Shown here one piece after another: positions 40,239 through 51,231 of a stretch of 64,000 bases of DNA; the first letter of the stretch is position 1; each line of letters begins with the position of its first letter. Location: contig CM106586.1 in the NCBI GenBank assembly GCA_048013815.1, positions 23,994,001 through 24,058,000 on the forward strand. The letters run 5' to 3'. The stretch comes from Setoptus koraiensis (Eukaryota; Animalia; Arthropoda). Under the pieces are notes generated by a model. The model was given only the letters and a program-made list of their open reading frames with translations. It was not told the DNA's origin and did no database searches. Position numbers and translations under genes: made by a program.

Positions 40239-42401
40239 ATGCCTATGTCAACAGCGTTGGGACTACCCATTTTCAAGTCAATTGTTTGTGCCTACGATGT
40301 GGTGACATTGCCCATTTACCTACTGGCACAACAACCATGGAAGGCGCGCCGGCTTAGCGACAGACCCAGGGCGAAAAAGCTGAAAGCTCACGACGACTAC
40401 AGTCCGTATGTGGCCACAGAATTGTATCCCACAGAAGCTCATTTCATCAATGATTGTCAATCTATATCGGAGATATTATTCAAATCGGTGCAACTATATC
40501 AAAACAAACAATGCATGGGCCACAGGGAATGCTTCGGTGTCGAGGACGAACTGCAGCCAGATGGAAAAAAATTCAAGAAATTAATATTGGGCGAATTCAA
40601 ATGGTTCACTTACAAACAGATACAAGAACGTGTTGATCACGTTAGAGAGGGCTTCATCATGTCTGGCATCAAAAAGGGCGACCTAGTTGTCATATTCAGC
40701 GAAACGCGCCTCGAATGGCATCTGGCCGCACAGGCTCTATTTCAAATTGGGGCCATCATAGTGACATTATACGCAACATTGGGCGACGAGGGTGTTGTGC
40801 ATGGCATCAATGAAAGCGAAGCGTCCCATGTTGTCACATCTGAGGACCTATTAGGCAAATTACAACGTTTACAAAACAAATTCAATCATGTTAAAAAATT
40901 CATTTATTTCCAAAATTTTGCTAAAGCGCCAGATTTTAAATTGGACAAAATCAAATTATTACCATTCAATGAAATTGAAATAAGCGGAAAACAAAAAACA
41001 AACACTAGCAGCCAAAGAAAACGCTTGCCATCCGTCAATTCAAATGAGACGGCTATTATTATGTACACAAGCGGCTCTACAGGGGTACCAAAAGGCGTTA
41101 TGATTACTCACAAGAATCTTATTAGCAGCGTCAGATCTTTTTTCACAATTGCCAATGTGCTTAAAGGTCAACATCACACTTACATGAGCTACTTGCCATT
41201 GGCTCATGTTCTTGCTCTTGTTGCAGAATTTTTCTTTTTAGCTCACGGAACAAACATAGGCTACTCATCGCCACATACACTAACATCAGAATCAACGGCA
41301 GTTAAAAGGGGCCAACAGGGTGACGCCTCAGTGTTGAAACCGTCTGTTATAGCGGCCGTTCCCCTTGTGCTAGACAGAATTAGAAAAGGTATAATGCAAA
41401 AGATTGAATCAAAGGGACCATTTGCTACGGGCTTGTTTAACTTTATGATAGACTACAAGAAGTTTTGGACACGCAAAGGCTTCACGACGCCACTCATAAA
41501 CACATTTATCTGTCCAAAAATAAGCCAATTATTAGGTGGCAAAGTGAAATTAGTGGCATGCGGAGGCGCGCCACTGTCGCCTGAGACACACGAATTTATT
41601 CAATGTGCACTGAATGTAAATATTCTACAGGGCTATGGTCTCACGGAAACAACTGCCTGCGGGGCACTCATGGACGCCTACGATCTTGATTCTTGCGTAG
41701 CAGGTGCCCCATTGAAGCATGTTTTCATACGATTGGTCGATTGGGAAGAGGGCAATTATCGTGTTACAGACAGACCAAATCCCCGTGGAGAGATAGTTAT
41801 TGGAGGTGATTGTGTCACTGCCGGCTATTTTAAAAATCCAGACCAAACTTCAGATTGCTATCGTGAAGAAGATCACAAAAGATGGTTCTACACTGGCGAC
41901 ATCGGTGAGATGATGACCAATGGTAATTTGAAAATTATTGATAGAAAGAAGGATTTGGTCAAATTGCATCACGGCGAATATGTTTCACTAACTAAAGTAG
42001 AGACCGAGCTGAAGGGATCTGAATATGTCGACAACATCTGTGTTTATGGAGACCCATTCAAGACTTTTCTCATAGCGTTAGTAGCTCCCAATATAAAATC
42101 ACTCAAAAAATTGGCAGATTCTTTGCCTGGTAGCAAGTTAGGCACGAAAAGCATCAAAGAATTGTGCGAAGATCGAACAATCAACAAACGAGTCTCTGAA
42201 GCCATAATTGAGTACGGTAAATCTGCTGGCCTTCAAAAAGTCGAAATTCCTTTGAAATACAAACTCTGTTCAGAGGAATGGCTGCCCGATGCTGGTCTCG
42301 TCACCGCCGCTATGAAGATCAGAAGGAGAAACATACAAGTCTTTTACCAGAAACACATCAACACCCTTTACGGTCTTAGCGAAGACGCCCCAGGTCTGTG
42401 A
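40239..42401 (+). CDS. Acsl: Long-chain-fatty-acid--CoA ligase, ACSL3/4 type (720 aa from first ATG), intronless
   Basis: YTSGSTGVPKGV, YLPLAHVL, GYGLTET, WFYTGDIGE...LKIIDRKKDLVKL..GEYVSL motifs. The ORF track starts at TTG 40146; the first ATG is 40239. Confidence 0.95.
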   Translation: MPMSTALGLPIFKSIVCAYDVVTLPIYLLAQQPWKARRLSDRPRAKKLKAHDDYSPYVATELYPTEAHFINDCQSISEILFKSVQLYQNKQCMGHRECFGVEDELQPDGKKFKKLILGEFKWFTYKQIQERVDHVREGFIMSGIKKGDLVVIFSETRLEWHLAAQALFQIGAIIVTLYATLGDEGVVHGINESEASHVVTSEDLLGKLQRLQNKFNHVKKFIYFQNFAKAPDFKLDKIKLLPFNEIEISGKQKTNTSSQRKRLPSVNSNETAIIMYTSGSTGVPKGVMITHKNLISSVRSFFTIANVLKGQHHTYMSYLPLAHVLALVAEFFFLAHGTNIGYSSPHTLTSESTAVKRGQQGDASVLKPSVIAAVPLVLDRIRKGIMQKIESKGPFATGLFNFMIDYKKFWTRKGFTTPLINTFICPKISQLLGGKVKLVACGGAPLSPETHEFIQCALNVNILQGYGLTETTACGALMDAYDLDSCVAGAPLKHVFIRLVDWEEGNYRVTDRPNPRGEIVIGGDCVTAGYFKNPDQTSDCYREEDHKRWFYTGDIGEMMTNGNLKIIDRKKDLVKLHHGEYVSLTKVETELKGSEYVDNICVYGDPFKTFLIALVAPNIKSLKKLADSLPGSKLGTKSIKELCEDRTINKRVSEAIIEYGKSAGLQKVEIPLKYKLCSEEWLPDAGLVTAAMKIRRRNIQVFYQKHINTLYGLSEDAPGL

Positions 42402-44262
42402 TAAATGTCATTAATCAATATTATAGATGGATCACAATAATAAAGAAAAAATAAAAGCAACTGATGTATTAATACTTTTGTTTCGAGTTCTGAAGCATTA
42501 TTGTTGAACAGTTTTTTCTTTAGACTGTCCATAGCTATTATATTCTTATAAGAAATACGTATATAATGATGTGTAGAATTAGTTCGAAACAGGGTATCAA
42601 ATAAAATAGAAAGATTTAGAGCAAGTCAATATTCAATTATTTGGCTCACTTTCATTATTTTGTCTCCGATTTTGTGACACTTAGTCATATTGATTTTCTT
42701 GATACCTGTCAATATGCATCGATATTCAAAAAGACCCCCGAAGAGGACTGACTGTGGTACCGATTTTCTGCAAAAGCATAGCTAATTTGCTTTGCGCTCA
42801 AGTAAAACTCATAGCCCTATTTAATTTTATATACGGAGTTATATCTCCTACACTCGCCATTTTATTTGCAACACTACCTGTGTCTTCAATGGCACAACCT
42901 TTAGATCATGAGGATATATTTCCTCAAACAGCCATAGTGGACTGAAATTCATACCCCGTACATCGGGCTGTGGGTTCACTTGGACTGAGAGTACAAAAGA
43001 TAGAACACACCATATTGGTCGGATATATCTTGTCTGTTTCGAGCTTCAGAGTTGTACCTCTTAGTTAATGTTAGCTAAATAAACTGAAGTTCCCTCACTT
43101 CCGGTGTGCATACAAATTTACACAGAGTATGTTTGTATCACGAGCATTTCGACATGATAAGCGAAGCTCCTACTTTTAGGAGCAAAAATGATACGTTATT
43201 GACAGTGAACATGAGAAATGAGAAACACTGGTTAACTTGTATTGAAGATAACATTATAATTCAGTGATGACTTACCATCTGCCATTAAAAAGCACTAACA
43301 TAAGCGGAATTCTCCATAGCTTTGACACGATTGCGAAATAGCTGCGACTGCAACCTAGATTAAGAATAACAGAACGGTTTTCAATCAATGATTCCAATTG
43401 AATCACACAATAGGATGCGCTCGTAAAATACATAACATGTTTGAAATCTAACTGTTGATTAGATTTCTACCTTCGCCTCTAATTATCTTCTCTTAAACAG
43501 TCTGTCAGAATGATTGTGATCCAACAAACAGTAGACTATTAAGGATACTGCAATGTCGCTGTCATTGTGAGCTCAGCGGATTTATGCTAATTTCATCATT
43601 GAAAACTTTTTGTATGATTAATCAGTGGATGCCTACATAAAAGTAACAACATTCAGGTAACTAATAACAATCTAAATGAATATATCGAAATTCGGTGACT
43701 GGTTAGCACATGGATAGAGCCATTTGTGCATGCAATCAATTTGTAGTTTTTTTTTTGATGCAGTAGGCATCACACCTCTTTACATCTAATCCTTTTTACT
43801 GACTGTTATGACTTACAGTTTATGCAATAACAAATAATACCTCTAACCTTGAAAATATTGTTTGGGAAAGTTTGCTATATATTCAATTTAAGTTGAATAC
43901 ATTGACACTCTTGCATTGAATGAGTCAAATCTAGCAACAATATTGCTATTTCGCTGGCATACATATAAGCCGTTTTTATCGGGGCCATAAAAGAATTTAA
44001 CAAATTAGATTTTTTACCCCTTGACGACTCGTCCTATCACTAACTCGTTAATGATTAATTAGAATGATCATAGCGATTGATAGTTATTGAATGATCTACA
44101 ATTGAAAGACATACAATGCTGCTCCAAGATAGCGACTCAAAAATCAGACCACAATACTGACAAGAAGTACTTTCCACTAAATGTTTTTCATTCTGGATAC
44201 ATGTCGATCAATATTCAAAAAACAATTTATAGTCAAATTAAATTAATGATAAAAAAGCGAAG

Positions 44263-47151
44263 ATGCTCCTCAAATTGCACTACCTGTTGCTATTTGGAAG
44301 TATAGCAGTAACGATGGGCTATCAAGATTTGTTTTTGGACAGGTTTGTCGGTCTCAACACAATAACTTACCATGAATTGACAATAATGTATCTGGTCCTT
44401 TTAGTATCATTTCGTCCAATTATTTGCGCCTTAGCAGATTATCTTAATGTGCACCGAGTAACATTGATATCTTGCATGTTTGTGGCTGCTTTGTCATCAA
44501 CATTATCGGCATCATTGGCCTGGTTGCCACAGATACATTTAGAGAATCAAGATAATTTGAACTTGTTGTTGGACCACAACATCGAAGGAGATGGCAACGT
44601 ACAAGAGACACCCATTGATGGCGAAAGTGGTGATGGTTTTATAAGCATGATCATTGTTTTCAGTAGCATCAACAAAAATTATATTGGTCTTACTAGTTTT
44701 ATATTCATGAAACTAAGTATTGGCATAGCAATAGTATTATCTGACACTTTTGCTTTGTTTATGTTCCATCGCAACAAGACATTGTATGGCTCAATCAAAG
44801 TTTATGGTTGCATTGGTAGCGGTTTGTTTGGTCTCATGATGGGCTATATACCGCTAATAGGAGAACCATTCATAGTTGGCAATGAAAATCATAATGAAAC
44901 AAGCACCTCTATCAGTTATAGTTCCAGTACTTACTCAACTGAAGACATCTCAATAAACTTCCTGTTTCAGTCTCTATTGCTTTGGCTCGATTTCATACTG
45001 TTAGTGGTGGGAATGTGTCCCAAGAAGAAGATTCGCTTGTATAATTTAAAAGAGACCTACCTGAAGCAAGCCAAACGAGATAGATGGGCCCAATTTGGAT
45101 GTAAGAAACAAAGAACAAACAGTTGCTCAAAACAATATTCTCGCGACGATGGCTGCCAATATGTCTCGACTAGCACAAATAAGTTGCAACAACAAAATGA
45201 TCCATACAAGACAATGAAAAGTCATCATCAAGATTACGACACATTGCGTACTATAAAGTTAGATAACAAACTCGAAGAGAAACAACAAAAAGACATGAGG
45301 GGGTCGTATATCTTCAGGCCATACTCTAATTGGTATTTGGCCGACAGTTATAACAAACACAGTGGCACCATTGATTATTATGATTCTGAACGAATCAAAG
45401 AATGTAATTATTCTTCGACCAGGGGCACACTTAAAGAATCGTGTGCTTCTACAAACAGGAAAATGCAAACCATTACTGACTCTTCCAGCTACTATGACAC
45501 AAATTCTATGGATTTTATATTTATGCGACCCACTACAAGCAAAACTGATGGTTCTAACAATGATAACTTCGGTCACTTCAATATGAATGATGGAATATCT
45601 AGCGAAAACTCAGACTCAACATCGTCGGTAGATGTTGGCGGTGACAATTTTGATCAAATTGCCAGCAACGAAATAAGAAGAGTTTCAAAGTATATAGACA
45701 ATTTTAATGATAGAGCATTGTCACAATCACAAAGGGGAGCTCGCGAATTCACTAAAGTGATCAAGAAAATACTACGGCGTTATTGGATATTATTGTTCAG
45801 CTATACGTTGATTTATTTGTGTGCTGGGACAATATCGGGAATTCATACAAACGTTTATTATGACTTCATTAGATTGTTGATACCCGAATCGCAACAAAAT
45901 CAACCAATTCATTCGCAATTGAACTCTCTTACATCATTTAATTGTTTATGTCACTTGAAAACATTCCTACTATCATCAACAAGTCAGATGTGTGATGAAA
46001 ATTACAACAATAGTAGCAGTAGTAGCTCATCAATTAACGAACATTCTACTGGTAATCAATACAGACTATATGAATTGAATAATTATTATTATTCAGGCTC
46101 TGGTTCAAGATTGAACTTACAAGAACAGAAAGCATCTAGTCAGCTGGAATACAAAAAGTATCTCAGTTTGGCCTGGTTCGCATGGTCATTTGGTGGTCAG
46201 TCTTTGTTCGTTTTGTATGGAATCAAAATAATCAGGACAATAGGCCGACAGGGTGTACTTATTATTGTTATGATCGTCTACCTGAATATCTATTTAGCCT
46301 TCACGCATCTATTATGGCGCTATCTACATCTTATGATAATAACTGAGGCCTTAGGTGGTATTGCTAGCGCATTGTTTTATTTTAGTCTTGTGGAAGCGGG
46401 CTACAGGTGCTCAATGAATTTCAATAGATTGCTCGAGCATCACAATAAAACAATAAGAGCCTCAAAATCATTTAATGCTTTCTCAAATCGTGACCAAGAG
46501 TATATAAGAAGCAATTTTATGCTTTTTGTCACTGCCGGAAATAACAGAAAACCAAGTGTATCGCCATATGCAAGTCCAGCATTGAAGTGCCGCTCAAAGA
46601 ATAAATCCGTTGACCAGTCAATTTATTCAACAAGAGAACTAACTGTTCCAAGAGGTATGCATACGATTGATTTTAACAATTGTTCGATAAATAGGAAACA
46701 ATTGAGTAGACTAGTTGGAACAAATCCAGGCAGAAAACAACACAAGGATATTATAAACAACAGTTATGATCATTATCTTAATGATGAGAAAGAAAGTGAC
46801 AACAATAACATCAATCGTGCAACAAATGAAGACAAAGATCGTCCTCTGTGCACTGCCGCCACATTCCAATGTTTAGCTATATCCATACAAGATGCTATAG
46901 GTCCGTTATTCGCATTGTTTATATCGAAATATTTTATCAGATTGGGAGAATTAGGGCCCAAAGATTACTTATTGCGCGTGACTAGACTACAACACGTCTG
47001 GTGTTTCATTTCACACTCTTGTATATTTATACTACTCATGTTAGGCCCATTGATAGTGTATAAATTTGTCAGAAAGTACATGAATAAAAGAAAGAGATCA
47101 ACGAGGCGGGCCAGACTGAGCAGTAGCAAGAATCAAGAGGCCAATGTCTAG
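44263..47151 (+). CDS. Divergent MFSD6-like major facilitator superfamily protein (962 aa)
   Basis: LKLHYLLLFG, RPIICALAD, YGSIKVYGCIGSG and EALGGIASALFY resemble MFS_1_like/MFSD6 helices; long Ser/Asn-rich hydrophilic inserts. Confidence 0.75.
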   Translation: MLLKLHYLLLFGSIAVTMGYQDLFLDRFVGLNTITYHELTIMYLVLLVSFRPIICALADYLNVHRVTLISCMFVAALSSTLSASLAWLPQIHLENQDNLNLLLDHNIEGDGNVQETPIDGESGDGFISMIIVFSSINKNYIGLTSFIFMKLSIGIAIVLSDTFALFMFHRNKTLYGSIKVYGCIGSGLFGLMMGYIPLIGEPFIVGNENHNETSTSISYSSSTYSTEDISINFLFQSLLLWLDFILLVVGMCPKKKIRLYNLKETYLKQAKRDRWAQFGCKKQRTNSCSKQYSRDDGCQYVSTSTNKLQQQNDPYKTMKSHHQDYDTLRTIKLDNKLEEKQQKDMRGSYIFRPYSNWYLADSYNKHSGTIDYYDSERIKECNYSSTRGTLKESCASTNRKMQTITDSSSYYDTNSMDFIFMRPTTSKTDGSNNDNFGHFNMNDGISSENSDSTSSVDVGGDNFDQIASNEIRRVSKYIDNFNDRALSQSQRGAREFTKVIKKILRRYWILLFSYTLIYLCAGTISGIHTNVYYDFIRLLIPESQQNQPIHSQLNSLTSFNCLCHLKTFLLSSTSQMCDENYNNSSSSSSSINEHSTGNQYRLYELNNYYYSGSGSRLNLQEQKASSQLEYKKYLSLAWFAWSFGGQSLFVLYGIKIIRTIGRQGVLIIVMIVYLNIYLAFTHLLWRYLHLMIITEALGGIASALFYFSLVEAGYRCSMNFNRLLEHHNKTIRASKSFNAFSNRDQEYIRSNFMLFVTAGNNRKPSVSPYASPALKCRSKNKSVDQSIYSTRELTVPRGMHTIDFNNCSINRKQLSRLVGTNPGRKQHKDIINNSYDHYLNDEKESDNNNINRATNEDKDRPLCTAATFQCLAISIQDAIGPLFALFISKYFIRLGELGPKDYLLRVTRLQHVWCFISHSCIFILLMLGPLIVYKFVRKYMNKRKRSTRRARLSSSKNQEANV

Positions 47152-48146
47152 ATGACTATGTGATACAATAATAAATCAATTTGTTATTTTGTACTATCTG
47201 GGTTGTTTGCTTGATTTGTCCATCACACCTGTTAGCAGCCAATCTTTAGCTCATTGCTATTATACTTGATGAGAAACATTCGCATCCGTTCTGGTGTGAA
47301 GTGGCGTCTCGGATTCAAATAACGTACGAGCTTCAGATAAAGTATACATTGTATAATATAACGCAGAGATAATTTTCGGAGCAATTATTGAACAAGGCCA
47401 AGAATGTTATTTGTATTACGAATAAAAATTGGTAAACATTTCAGACACCATGGCTTCTGGGTATTCCCAATTCTGTGGCACTTGGCTTCTGTAAGTTTGT
47501 TGTTGATATGTGAATACACGAAAACAAACAAATAACTCAAGTAAAGTTGTTGTTGCTTGACTACTTTATTCGAGTTGATCGTTGCCTCGATGTTTATCGA
47601 AATATTTCTGCAAGATTTTGTATCCCTCATGATACTGGTCTTCGCAACTTGTTTATCGAATCGCTTATCTCACTTCTGATTCTTTTTCGTCGTTGATTTC
47701 AACAACTTAATCCCGCGGTATTCATCGTGTGTAAAGTTTGCATGCATCATTTCTCAATCAATAGATGTTGTTGAATTGACTGTCAAGGCCAGAGATCGTT
47801 GCATGAGCGATATATGCTTAACCGGTTATTATTGTCGGTTGTTAAACGACACGCTTCCCATTTCAGGTGCAGAGTTGTGAGTGTTTTTTTTTGTATCCAT
47901 TGGACGTTTATATATAACCAAGGCACATCATAAGATTACACATTACAGATTTGCGATCGCATAATTCGTTACAAATGTATAATGATTGAAATCTCAGTGG
48001 GCAACATAAATAGGTGCTGTCGAATGTCAGTTGAGATCACTTCCACTCTGACAGTAACAGTGTAAACTACTCTTCGGACTTATTCGTAAATTCTTCGCAA
48101 CAACAACTTAACAACCATCCCTTTTAAGTTCCATCAGAACAATAAA

Positions 48147-48689
48147 ATGTCAGCGAAGTTGTCGTTAGCTATTGTATGTCTCGCTGGCTTTCTAATGGCC
48201 ACTGTGGCCTACGGACAGTACGGAAATCAAAACTATCGAGACGTTCATCATGGCGACGATCGAATGTTAGAAGTGCTCAATGATGCCATCTACCAATACA
48301 ATGGACGAGAACATCAAGGTAGAACTCATCATATGAGATTGGGAAATATTAGACGCGCCAGAGGGCATGAATATGGCGACGGCGGCATGAGATATAACGT
48401 AGAATTTGATTTCAATCATACAAATTGTCGCAGAGGCAACTCATACATATCAAGAGAAGAGTTTGATCGTTGCGAATTTGACAGATCAAGGGTGAGTTGA
48501 CCTATAATTACAAAGAAATTTTCCGGATTGTATTTTACGATCTAGCCATCTGACAATATTTTTCACGGTCTTTCTCAACCAAAACAGCGATCACACAGAT
48601 GCCGAACGACAGTACACTATGAGCCAAGGAACCGAGGTCAAACAGTATCGATAAACGAATTCAATTGCGATGATCAATACTGGAAATGA
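48147..48689 (+). CDS. Secreted cystatin-fold protein, 2 exons (48147-48491, 48588-48689), 148 aa
   Basis: Signal peptide; helix (LEVLNDAIYQYN); RYNVEFDFNHTNC...C; intron gtgagt...aacag; exon 2 RSHRCRTTVHYEPRN...FNC supplies the second disulfide pair. Confidence 0.8.
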
Positions 48690-48926
48690 ATTATGACTCG
48701 GGAAAGATTTGATGATTCACCGATGTACGAACGATGATTAGTACTTGAATTTGTGACAACGATTGACCTAATAAGGGTCAACTAAATAAACTATCGACCC
48801 CTATCACTCTCAGTTGAGTCTATGGGTGCATGAAATTTGAATGATTTACTGAATCGCTAGTCTCTCTCAATTTTATGTTTGCTTCATAACAAAAACATTC
48901 GTTTGATGATATCAAAGAGTCCTTGC

Positions 48927-49457
48927 TTATGTTTCATCACGACAAGACATTCTATGGCTCAATCAAAGTTTATGATCGCATTAGTAGCGTTATGTTTGGT
49001 GTTATGAAATTATTCTTCAAGCACTTTTACACTTGAAAATTCGTGTGCTTCTATAAATAACAAAATGCAGACTATCATTGACTCTCCAAGCTATTACGAA
49101 ACAAACTTGATGGATTTTATATTATGCAACCCAAGCAAAACAGGTGGTAGTAACAATGAGGAGTAGCAAGAATCAAGACACCAATGTCAAGATGACTATA
49201 TGATACTATATTAAATTGATTTATTATTTTCTACTAAGTGGAAAGTGAATTTTTTAGTATATTACAATTGTTGGTTCTTGAATTGAGTTGTCTGTTTCTT
49301 TGTCTATCACACCCATTAGCACCCATTCTTTAGTTCATTCCTGTTCAACTCGTTGGGAACCATCCGCATCCGTCCTGGTGTAAAGTGGCGTTTTAGATTC
49401 AGATAACGCATGTCCTCCAGAAAAAAGTATATGATATAACACATGGCGATAATTTCC
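48927..49457 (+). pseudogene. Internally deleted remnant copy of the MFS gene
   Basis: Three collinear similar blocks: 48927-49007 ~ 44759-44839; 49008-49159 ~ 45406-45563; 49160-49457 ~ 47120-47380 (stop and 3' flank). Confidence 0.85.
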
Positions 49458-49565
49458 TTAGTTAAAACTGACTGAGACAAATAAGGGATGCCTGGTTTCC
49501 GTTAGGCGCAATGTATTGTATCAGGCATCTTTTTCCCAATACTTTTACCTAAAATTTTTGTCTAT

Positions 49566-50684
49566 TCATTGATCCTGAGACTCACGCACATCATCACCTG
49601 TGTCTAGGAGATAGTATCCGTCAGACAGTCTATATTTGAACTTTGACTGGCCGTCAGGTAATGAGTATTTGTGCATAGTAATGAGATGTCTAGATAGGTT
49701 GCTCCCTCGACTGTACAGTTTGCTACATACATGACAAAGGTAATTATTGGGCTGTTGATGCAACTTTACATGCCGATTGAAAGAATCTTCGCTCTGAGTT
49801 TGAAAGTCGCATCTCTCGCACACAAACGGCTCTGTGGGTATCTGGTGAGTTTTCACATGCCGCCTAAGATCATTTATTTGTTTGAAGTTTGAAGTACATA
49901 AGCTACACTCGTAGACTCTTTCGTCGGCATGCCTGTAAATCTTGTGACTCTTCAAACTTGATGCTGATCTTCCATTAAATGAACACAAGTTGCATCGGTA
50001 GGCATTTGAATGATTTCTTACATGTTCTCGCAAGAGAGATGAAGTAGGGAACATTTGTTCGCACCCTCTATGGGTACATTTGTATAATTTTGTATCAAGA
50101 CCTTCTACGCTATAGGTCTCAATACTAGTTTCCACACCATCAATCTTGGCTCGTTTTGTATCAACTGATTCTCGCATCCTGTATCGCGGAAGTTTTAAAT
50201 GACGCAAGAAATGATCGGCGAATTTAATCTTTGAAGCGAAGAAATTTCCACATTTCGGGCAGGCGTACATCTTTTCCAGTGTATGTACTCTAAGATGTTC
50301 CTTGAGTAAAGTCATAGTCCTAAATGAGCCCGGAAATGTACAATCGATCCATTGGCATTTCCTCAGTTGACCTGGCCTAAAACTTATATCCTGGGCGTGC
50401 AGTGCTACATGTTTATAAAATATCTCAGCAACAACAAATCGCTCATTACAGCAAGACCATCTACATACTAATGTTGTTGGTAACGGCGGAAAGTTAATTG
50501 TGTCATCTGAGTAACTTCCTAATGGACATTCAATAGGTTGATTGAGTCGTTTCTCGAGTTTTTCCAACTCCATTTCTCCTGATTTCTTGATTTTGGCATG
50601 AAAATCATGGTAGGAGGAATGAACTTTGAACTCTTCTAAACAATCGAATTGCACCTCACATTTAGAACGAGTGCACTTGTACAT
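49566..50684 (-). CDS. HINFP: Histone H4 transcription factor (HINFP/MIZF-like C2H2 zinc finger), intronless
   Basis: FHAKIKKSG, LPTTLVCRWSCC, LKEHLRVHTLEKMYACPKCGNFFASKIKFADH and C-terminal FKYRLSDGY match HINFP organisation. Confidence 0.85.
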   Translation of the reverse strand: MYKCTRSKCEVQFDCLEEFKVHSSYHDFHAKIKKSGEMELEKLEKRLNQPIECPLGSYSDDTINFPPLPTTLVCRWSCCNERFVVAEIFYKHVALHAQDISFRPGQLRKCQWIDCTFPGSFRTMTLLKEHLRVHTLEKMYACPKCGNFFASKIKFADHFLRHLKLPRYRMRESVDTKRAKIDGVETSIETYSVEGLDTKLYKCTHRGCEQMFPTSSLLREHVRNHSNAYRCNLCSFNGRSASSLKSHKIYRHADERVYECSLCTSNFKQINDLRRHVKTHQIPTEPFVCERCDFQTQSEDSFNRHVKLHQQPNNYLCHVCSKLYSRGSNLSRHLITMHKYSLPDGQSKFKYRLSDGYYLLDTGDDVRESQDQ

Positions 50685-51231
50685 CTTCTAACATGAAGTA
50701 GGAATAGCTTGCATAAATAAAATAAAATATAAACAGCTCTGGTTTTGTGTCGATGATGGACGTAAGATAATGTTATAGAATATTTTTTGTTGTCAGATCA
50801 GCTGTGTCTGTTTGTGTCTTTGCTGTTGCTTAAAAAATTCGCGCCTTTGTCCGACATTCGAAAGGACCAGGAATTTATTTTAATTGTTCAAAATGCAACA
50901 TCTTTTTTGCTTTAGCCACTATGACAAGTCAAAAAATTTAATTTATTCAATTGCCGAAATTAGTCTCGAGAAGAAACCCACGGATCCGGTTTGCCTGACA
51001 AGTTAGCATTAATCGGAGTAGGGTTTATACATTTGGAATCAGGTCCCGAGACAAAAAAAGAACGTCACTGAATTCAAATTGAGCGCTAAATAATATCTTT
51101 CGAGGGTCCAGTGCACGTGGAATCATAACAGAATCGTGGGAATTCCATACCATGTAAACAAGATTTGTTATATTAAAGTACTTCAAATGACAATTTAAAC
51201 CAAACAATTGAGACATTAAAATATTCAGGAT

